Source: an uncultured archaeon (GTDB taxonomy: Archaea; Thermoplasmatota; Penumbrarchaeia; JASLWR01). Taken from it: DNA of 64,000 nucleotides. The stretch is taken from contig CAYSHM010000011.1 in assembly GCA_964430885.1 (NCBI GenBank), positions 1 through 64,000 on the forward strand, written 5' to 3'. A model generated the notes under the pieces. It saw only the letters and a program-made list of their open reading frames with translations, did not search any database and had not been told where the DNA came from. Position numbers and translations under genes: made by a program. Positions 57,703 through 64,000 of this stretch are shown here, piece by piece; the stretch's first letter is position 1, and each line of letters begins with the position of its first letter.

Positions 57703-59159
57703 TCGATATGCCTAGAGGCGTCCCTCCAGGAGTAATGTGTATTTCCGGGTCAGACCCTACTGCAGGGGCGGGAGCACAGAATGACCTTCTAACCGTGGAG
57801 TCGCTTGGAATTCCCTGTGCAACTGTAATAACTGCCCTGACTGCACAGAACACTTCAGAATTTATTTCTTCCTACCCGGTTGATCCAGTCTCAGTTAAAA
57901 CCCAGATCAGAGCAGTTCTAAAGGATATGGATATCCGATCTATCAAGATCGGCATGCTTCCAAATTCGGATATAATTGATACAGTAATTCAAGAGCTAAA
58001 TCACGAGCTTAAAAGGCGGGAAATGGAAGGATTGGGAATCCGTGTAGTAATGGACCCGGTATTAAGGTCAAGTTCAGGATTCGATCTTACTGATGAGAAA
58101 GGGATAGAACTCATTAAGAATAATTTGTTTCCCATCTGTTCTCTGATTACTCCCAACGTAAGGGAAGCTGCTATATTAACAGGTATGAATATCCAAAATA
58201 TTGATGATGCACTTGCATCCGGCCGTCTTCTACTTAATATGGGGAGTGATCAGGTTCTTATCACCGGCCTTATAGCTAGCGGAGACTCGGCAGAGGATAC
58301 CAAGGGAATACATCTGAATAATGAAGATCCCGAGTATAATGGTATTCTGTATAACGTTCTTGTTTGGGGTGATGGTCATTTCATTTACAAGGAGAGTTTT
58401 CTTGAAGGCCTGGACCCCCACGGGACCGGTTGTATGCTTTCATCGGCCATTTCAGCTTTTCTTTCACAGGGAAATAATATGAAGGAATCAGTTGCCGAAG
58501 CGATTTCAATGGTCAGAAGGGCTGTTACATATCCAAAAATGTATAAAAAAGGTTATTCTGTAGATCCTTTGGTCGGATTGAAGAATGAATCCCTGAGATA
58601 TACCCTGTTACAAAAGGTTCGTAGGTCCGTGGATGAATTGGTGCACGCAAATATTTATTCCCTCATTCCTGAAGTCGCCTCCAATTTTGTGGTATCTTTG
58701 CCGTACTCAATGACCACGGAGGAGATGGCCGGTATTGAGGGCCGAATCGTTAGATTCAAGGACAGAGTTCATTCTCATGGTCCTTGGTTTGGTGTTTCTG
58801 ACCATGTGGCAAGATTTCTTCTTGAACTGAGGAAATTCGATCCCGATGTGATAGCCTCTATGAACATCAAGCTGGTGGGGAATTGGGGAAACATATGTAA
58901 AGAACTGGGTCTTGGCGTGGAATATGCTCCCCGCTCTGAGGAACCCAAACAGACAAGGAACGTTGAGCAAAACACCATGAATTGGGCTGCGGAATACGTT
59001 ATGAAAGGTAGAAAAAAGGCTCCTGACATCATTGTAGATCTTGGAGATGTAGGCAAGGAGCCTATGATTAGGGTATTGGGGAAATCCCCTGAAGCCCTGG
59101 TGAATACAGTTCTAAAGTTTCATGGTCTTTGGATTAAGCACAAAGATAACAATAGCTGA
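57699..59159 (+). CDS. thiDN: Bifunctional HMP/HMP-P kinase and thiamine-phosphate synthase (ThiD-ThiN fusion)
   Basis: [31 protein letters not shown]; C-terminal [30 protein letters not shown]. Confidence 0.9.
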   Translation: MIDMPRGVPPGVMCISGSDPTAGAGAQNDLLTVESLGIPCATVITALTAQNTSEFISSYPVDPVSVKTQIRAVLKDMDIRSIKIGMLPNSDIIDTVIQELNHELKRREMEGLGIRVVMDPVLRSSSGFDLTDEKGIELIKNNLFPICSLITPNVREAAILTGMNIQNIDDALASGRLLLNMGSDQVLITGLIASGDSAEDTKGIHLNNEDPEYNGILYNVLVWGDGHFIYKESFLEGLDPHGTGCMLSSAISAFLSQGNNMKESVAEAISMVRRAVTYPKMYKKGYSVDPLVGLKNESLRYTLLQKVRRSVDELVHANIYSLIPEVASNFVVSLPYSMTTEEMAGIEGRIVRFKDRVHSHGPWFGVSDHVARFLLELRKFDPDVIASMNIKLVGNWGNICKELGLGVEYAPRSEEPKQTRNVEQNTMNWAAEYVMKGRKKAPDIIVDLGDVGKEPMIRVLGKSPEALVNTVLKFHGLWIKHKDNNS

Positions 59160-59171
59160 AATATTAATTCT

Positions 59172-60020
59172 TTAATTGAATGGATTCTTTTTCATGGGTA
59201 TTCCAAACACGGAATCGATATAAAGGACCCTGGCCTTTTTGGATTTCAGATCCTCAATCTTGAACTTCCATATGGGCAGATAAACAATATTTGTCTTCTC
59301 GAGTTTTGCCCCAAACATCTCCATGAGCTGTTTCGAAATGTATCTCTTGTTCACTCTTGGTTTTTCAGTATTTTTCGGAAGAAGTCCTACTGGAAGTTCC
59401 TTGAATTTGGTATTGCCATCAAGGTCCTTGATATTCTCCGGTTTTGCTGGAGTGATGTCGCTAAATTCCAGGCTTTCAGTAACCTGGAGCATTTTTCCGT
59501 TAAATCCATGGAAATAGAGGCTCTCAGAACTGATCTCATTTGCCCCGAACAATTTTTTCTTCTGGACACTGAATGACGCCTGGATGAGAGGAAGATACCT
59601 AAGCACCCCGGCTTCGACCTTTTCTAGGGGCTTGGAGAACAATCCGCCAGTTTTCTTCAACTGTTTTTGAGCTACCTTTGTTGCTTCGTTCTTTGGGAAA
59701 TTCATTTCCACAGTGGTCACGGTATCTTCTTTCGGCTGCTCTTCCTTCTTTTTCTCTTCCTTGGGTTTTTCCTTTTTCGATTTCTTATCCACGGGTTCCT
59801 TCCTAGGAGTTTCTACCTTCTTTTCTTCTTTTTTTCGGGTCATACCTTCCCCGCAGTCCCCGCAGAAGGCTGACCCCTTATCGTTGCCAGCGCCGCATTT
59901 TGGGCAGTCTTTTTTATTTTCGCTCTCCTTGAGGAGCTTGTTCCCGCATTCCATACAGAAAGCAGAATCATCTTCATTCTCAAATCCGCAATTTGAACAT
60001 TCCATCATGATAATCACCAA
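59172..60020 (-). CDS. Double zinc-ribbon protein with Lys/Glu linker and C-terminal globular domain
   Basis: CSNCG...FCMECG and CPKCG...FCGDCG; YLP repeats in the C-domain. Confidence 0.75.
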   Translation of the reverse strand: MVIIMMECSNCGFENEDDSAFCMECGNKLLKESENKKDCPKCGAGNDKGSAFCGDCGEGMTRKKEEKKVETPRKEPVDKKSKKEKPKEEKKKEEQPKEDTVTTVEMNFPKNEATKVAQKQLKKTGGLFSKPLEKVEAGVLRYLPLIQASFSVQKKKLFGANEISSESLYFHGFNGKMLQVTESLEFSDITPAKPENIKDLDGNTKFKELPVGLLPKNTEKPRVNKRYISKQLMEMFGAKLEKTNIVYLPIWKFKIEDLKSKKARVLYIDSVFGIPMKKNPFN

Positions 60021-60323
60021 AATTATTCAATTTCAGGTTTCAATTGAGGTTTTATTAGCCTATTATATTATTTAAGTTTCTTTGATATTATTCCTTAATA
60101 TTTCACAAGATCGAAAATGTGAGATTTAGTTGGTAATATAGGAGGATTTGCTGAAAATATATCGACTGATTCTTCCATCCATTATCAGTTATCTGGTTGA
60201 TAAACTAATACTTTGGTTTCATATAATATTATCGCAATATCAACGGCAATAATCAAGATCAAGGAAGCTTTAGGTAATTACTATTCAAATTTAGATTCAT
60301 TAAATAATGCCACGGTGGATAAA

Positions 60324-60557
60324 ATGTATGAGCGGAAATCCAAACCGAGAGATTCAAAGATATGTGATGTTACGGGATGTAAAAAGAATAAAAAACAGGC
60401 AGTGCCCGAGAATCCCTTGAAGGAAGCCCTTCCTGAAATGAAATATGATTCGGAAGGCAAGAACATCCAATTATGTAAAGATCATTACAAGGAATTCAAG
60501 AAGGCCACAAAGGACGACCGGGAGATGAATAAACTCAGAAAACGCTCCAGAAATTGA
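60324..60557 (+). CDS. Small putative Zn-binding protein
   Basis: ATG 60324 after GGTGGA; CDVTGC...LCKDHYKEFKK (CxxxxC...CxxH). Confidence 0.6.
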   Translation: MYERKSKPRDSKICDVTGCKKNKKQAVPENPLKEALPEMKYDSEGKNIQLCKDHYKEFKKATKDDREMNKLRKRSRN

Positions 60558-60572
60558 AATACTTTGAACAAT

Positions 60573-62834
60573 TTAGAAAAATGTGAAATTGGATATTCCA
60601 AGATCTCCAAAAAGTATCAATACGGATGTGACGTATCCGAGTATGGCACCCCCGTTAAGAAGGGGCAGTCCGGCCTGTGGATTTCCTTTTAGTACAAATC
60701 TCATAAGAACCGTATAGCCTATAAGGCTTCCCAGAAGAGTTGACAGAGCAACTATCAAGGCCTTGTCCAATCCTCCTATACTGCCAGAAGGCAGAAAGGT
60801 GTAAGTGGAAATTACTAAAAGTCCCGGTATTATTATATCGCCCAGACCCATGAACATCGCCCCTCTTTTCTTCTTTTTATCCAATTGCTTTTTCAATCCT
60901 TCCTGCCGTCTGAAAGAGTATTCCCGGCTTTTAGGGATCACAAGTAATACGGGCAGCCTCATCTCCATAACGTTATCTGCCAAGGAGATCATGTGTTTGG
61001 TCTTGTAGACCGAGATGGCATCGTATATGGCTAATAGTGTAAGAAGCACAAGTATTGGAAGGATACTCAGAGATATTCCTATCATTGCCATTGCTCCGAC
61101 GCCCATGAACATGGCTATTGTATCCACAACATACCATTCAGGGTATACTATAAGAAGTCCAACAAGGGCTATTGAAACGCAGGCACCCACGATCCAAACC
61201 CAAAGGTGTTCCTTATGGGGTTCGATCTCCAAAATTTTTAATCCGTCGGCCCCGTATATCTCCAGTTCGACATATCCGTCCCCGTCAAGGTCCGATGCAG
61301 TAGAACCGATACTTCCAATGATCTTGTTCTCGGTCCTTCCCCTGTACTTGCTCCAATTGTTCTTCTCAAATATATATAATAATCCATCCGCGAGAACATA
61401 CAGAGCCCTCTCATTCTCGGAATCCAAACTTCTTTCTATATTGATATGCTGGATATTTCTACTTGAGAATTTCACCATGTCCCGGGATGTGAAAATATCA
61501 TTTTCATCAATTTGTTGACCGCTGACAAGGTTATCGATATTTACATTCAGTCCTACATATTTCCTGCTGTTGTAGAAAACACGTCTATATGATTTATCAA
61601 TTGTATGGGTCCTATCACTCCCCATTATCTCAGATATTTCTATCTTACCTACATATCTGCTGCTGAGTTCAGGTCCAGAAACGGAAGCGCCGTTTCCGGA
61701 TAGGTTATCATTCTGTCCGGTTAATTCATAAAGGTGAAGTGATCCGTTCATCTCAAAACCCGTCAAAAAGTCTCCCTCCTTCAAGGAATCGAGAAAGATG
61801 CAGTCCTTGAGAATGTCGGATTTATATTCGGCACTTTGGATGGGATCCGGAACGATAATGGAATCTAGTTGTATATCTGATTTTAGCATATTATTGAGAT
61901 TGATCATGTTATTATCTGAGATGCTCAGCCCCCAGGATATCAGATTGATATCAACAGTATTGTTTTTTTCAGATGTATATGTTATCGAGTATACGGTGGG
62001 TATGGATGTGAGGGGGCCTATATCAAGGTCAAAGCAAATGTCCTTTCCCACAGTGGTATTGATATTATTAACATCCCAAACTCCATTAAGGCTGGACATG
62101 GAAAGAAATGATATGCTTTCCCCGTCATTTTGGTTCCTTCCGAATATCATCACTGCAATAGTATGGCCATCATTTTTTCTATTATTTTCAGGTTCCAAAA
62201 CTTTAGTGCTTATGGCTGCCTTCTCAACATAGGGATTTATGTCCTGGAAATACAGATCCTTACCGTTAAGTTCTATATGAAAGATCCCTTCCTTATCGAT
62301 ATAAAGGATGAATTTATCATCCTCCATATCAAGGCGTTGGAAATCCAGAAAGCTTTTGTCCGAATACTGTAGTGTCCAGCTTTCATCATAGTCGTATACC
62401 GCAGCATCTAGTACCGGAGCGATCACATAGATTATCACCATAAAAACAGAGAAAAGAAATATCCATTTCACTATCTTTTTTTTCCTCTTCTTTGCAATGT
62501 AAAGTATGAAAAGGGAAAAGATAATTATAAACGCGATATAGAAAAGCGGTATCGAAACAGCATCGGCATTCTTGAATGCTCTCATTCCCTTCTGGACAAA
62601 AATAGGAGATATGAACAGACCTACCAATATCGTCACTATAAATATTAGACCAATACCCACAGCTGAAAGGTAGTCAGAGTAGTTCAGGTCAGGTTTTTTT
62701 TCCTTTTTCCCCTTTCCTTCACGGTTTTCATTTTCACTGTCCAGACCCTGAACCTCTTCTGCATTTACTTCCTCTTGGCCGCCCGAAATTGTGTAAGTAT
62801 CGGATATTTTCTCATTTTCTTTAGTTTCTTCCAT
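60573..62834 (-). CDS. Presenilin-family (GxGD) intramembrane aspartyl protease with ~400-aa insertion
   Basis: PEWYVVD, AIYDAISVYKTKHMISLA (Asp1), FMGLGDIIIP (Asp2), PQAGLPLLN; hydrophilic insert at about 61206-62400. Confidence 0.9.
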   Translation of the reverse strand: MEETKENEKISDTYTISGGQEEVNAEEVQGLDSENENREGKGKKEKKPDLNYSDYLSAVGIGLIFIVTILVGLFISPIFVQKGMRAFKNADAVSIPLFYIAFIIIFSLFILYIAKKRKKKIVKWIFLFSVFMVIIYVIAPVLDAAVYDYDESWTLQYSDKSFLDFQRLDMEDDKFILYIDKEGIFHIELNGKDLYFQDINPYVEKAAISTKVLEPENNRKNDGHTIAVMIFGRNQNDGESISFLSMSSLNGVWDVNNINTTVGKDICFDLDIGPLTSIPTVYSITYTSEKNNTVDINLISWGLSISDNNMINLNNMLKSDIQLDSIIVPDPIQSAEYKSDILKDCIFLDSLKEGDFLTGFEMNGSLHLYELTGQNDNLSGNGASVSGPELSSRYVGKIEISEIMGSDRTHTIDKSYRRVFYNSRKYVGLNVNIDNLVSGQQIDENDIFTSRDMVKFSSRNIQHINIERSLDSENERALYVLADGLLYIFEKNNWSKYRGRTENKIIGSIGSTASDLDGDGYVELEIYGADGLKILEIEPHKEHLWVWIVGACVSIALVGLLIVYPEWYVVDTIAMFMGVGAMAMIGISLSILPILVLLTLLAIYDAISVYKTKHMISLADNVMEMRLPVLLVIPKSREYSFRRQEGLKKQLDKKKKRGAMFMGLGDIIIPGLLVISTYTFLPSGSIGGLDKALIVALSTLLGSLIGYTVLMRFVLKGNPQAGLPLLNGGAILGYVTSVLILFGDLGISNFTFF

Positions 62835-62937
62835 GAACTCATCACTTCATTTTATACGGCCATGAACCCTTTAATAAGCTAAAAAGGTCATGTTCAAAAT
62901 TCTTAAAAACAGGATTGATTATATCGATTCAGTCTTT

Positions 62938-63771
62938 TCACTCGGAATATAATATCAATACATTGGAATTGATCTTCTTTGCGATTTCGACCTTTGGCAG
63001 ATGGGTTGTCAATCCCATAAAACCGCATGCCTTGCAAGTTCTTCCAATTATCAGTAGATCATAATCCTTCAGGTTTATATCCCTGATTATCTCCTTTTCC
63101 ATGGACGATACTCCCTGCCAATCCTCTTCCAGTCTGGTATTGGCGAGATTTGAATCCATTTCAGCCTTCTTAAGCAGTTTTCCTCTTTCCTTCACGGAAT
63201 AATGAAAGGTTTTTAGATTTGCTTTTGAAGCTTCCTCAAGTATCTTTGCATATTTTGGAAGCAGTTCATTGGCCGATAAGGATGAAGTTATTGCTAGTAT
63301 GTTTTTTATGCTTCCCCCTCTTTCAACCCAGATGGGGATATTACAGTCATCGAATATCCTGTAATTAAGATTGGTTTTCTTCTTGTATTCAAGAAGTACC
63401 ATGTTAAAATTTTCATAACTAGATCTAAAGGTCCTATCGATAAACCTGTTGATCACATCGCTGAACTCTCCTTTTCTAATAGAGTAAGCACAGCTTTTCC
63501 TTCTTTCACCCAAGGATTGAGCGATCTTGTGTTTAACCTCAGTAGCGATGGATTCCATATGGGCGTCATATATTTCTTTTTTAATATCTTCTATAAGTTT
63601 CGGGGTCAGTGCATGTGTGCTCCCCATTGATATCTTGTTCACGGTCTTCGATTCGGCAATATAAAGGAAGATTATTTTGCTTTTAAAATTGTCGATGAAG
63701 AATTTTGTCCTTTCGATAGCCCTTTCCGGTATGAAATTTGATGATATTGGTACCAATATATTCTCGAACAT
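62938..63771 (-). CDS. Universal stress protein (tandem USP-like domains)
   Basis: MFENILVPIS, RKGEF, CNIPIWV, KNILA, YDLLIIG, NSNVLI. Confidence 0.7.
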   Translation of the reverse strand: MFENILVPISSNFIPERAIERTKFFIDNFKSKIIFLYIAESKTVNKISMGSTHALTPKLIEDIKKEIYDAHMESIATEVKHKIAQSLGERRKSCAYSIRKGEFSDVINRFIDRTFRSSYENFNMVLLEYKKKTNLNYRIFDDCNIPIWVERGGSIKNILAITSSLSANELLPKYAKILEEASKANLKTFHYSVKERGKLLKKAEMDSNLANTRLEEDWQGVSSMEKEIIRDINLKDYDLLIIGRTCKACGFMGLTTHLPKVEIAKKINSNVLILYSE

Positions 63772-63772
63772 T

Positions 63773-64000
63773 TTACCATAGTCCTATTAATTTCCAGTAT
63801 GATATTGCTATTAAAAACAGTATCAGAATTGAGATGATGGTGACGATTGAACCGGCCTTGAACAGGTCTTTGGTCCTGTAATAACCCGTTGAATAAGTGA
63901 TGGCATTACCGGGAGTGGCAATGACCAGTATGAAGGCCAATCCGCCTGAGAGAGCTATTATCATTGATGTTACTACTGGGCCTAGTTCAGGGATCTCATT
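63773..64000 (-). CDS. SLC13/DASS-family transporter, C-terminal part (partial)
   Basis: LAFILVIATPGNAITYSTGY...DLFKAG...YWKLIG; frame open to the window edge. Confidence 0.82.
   Translation of the reverse strand, partial: NEIPELGPVVTSMIIALSGGLAFILVIATPGNAITYSTGYYRTKDLFKAGSIVTIISILILFLIAISYWKLIGLW

Noticed and set aside
61206-62400. Presenilin insertion as an intein
   Set aside because: No N-terminal Cys/Ser junction, no His-Asn followed by Cys/Ser/Thr, and no LAGLIDADG motifs; it sits in a loop rather than a conserved catalytic motif.

Overview
Archaeal chromosomal DNA, most consistent with an uncultured Thermoplasmatota lineage (inference from TFB, Gar1, Csl4, RPA, aIF-1A-RIO1-KH and S8e-SRP19 clusters, a PGF-CTERM protein and many PKD surface proteins). 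About 45 protein genes, one tRNA-Pro(CGG) and one box C/D guide sRNA that the ORF track cannot show. No integrase, transposase, CRISPR array or rRNA was seen. Housekeeping genes (ychF, tfb, tsr3, pdxS, mobB, csl4, rpa, rps8e, srp19, aIF-1A, rio1, thi4, thiDN) are mixed with large membrane-anchored surface proteins, clostripain- and gingipain-like proteases, and a glycosylation locus (about 33.2-50.2 kb) that has three alkaline-phosphatase-superfamily enzymes and a giant GT-C-like protein. Most notable observations: (1) a presenilin-family protease with a ~400-aa extracellular insertion, in a window rich in receptor-like single-pass proteins, two of which share the tail motif Y[DE][KR]LYGxPSS; (2) a V4R-DUF835 gene directly upstream of a Rab-like small GTPase; (3) a C/D sRNA whose D guide predicts 2'-O-methylation of wobble C34 in intron-containing pre-tRNA-Met; (4) a tandem pseudo-kinase/kinase thymidine kinase; (5) a stand-alone AEP primase-polymerase-like protein; (6) three genes, including aIF-1A, whose conserved N-termini require non-canonical (CTG/ATC/ATT) start codons. 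All calls come from motif recognition by eye; no database searches were run.
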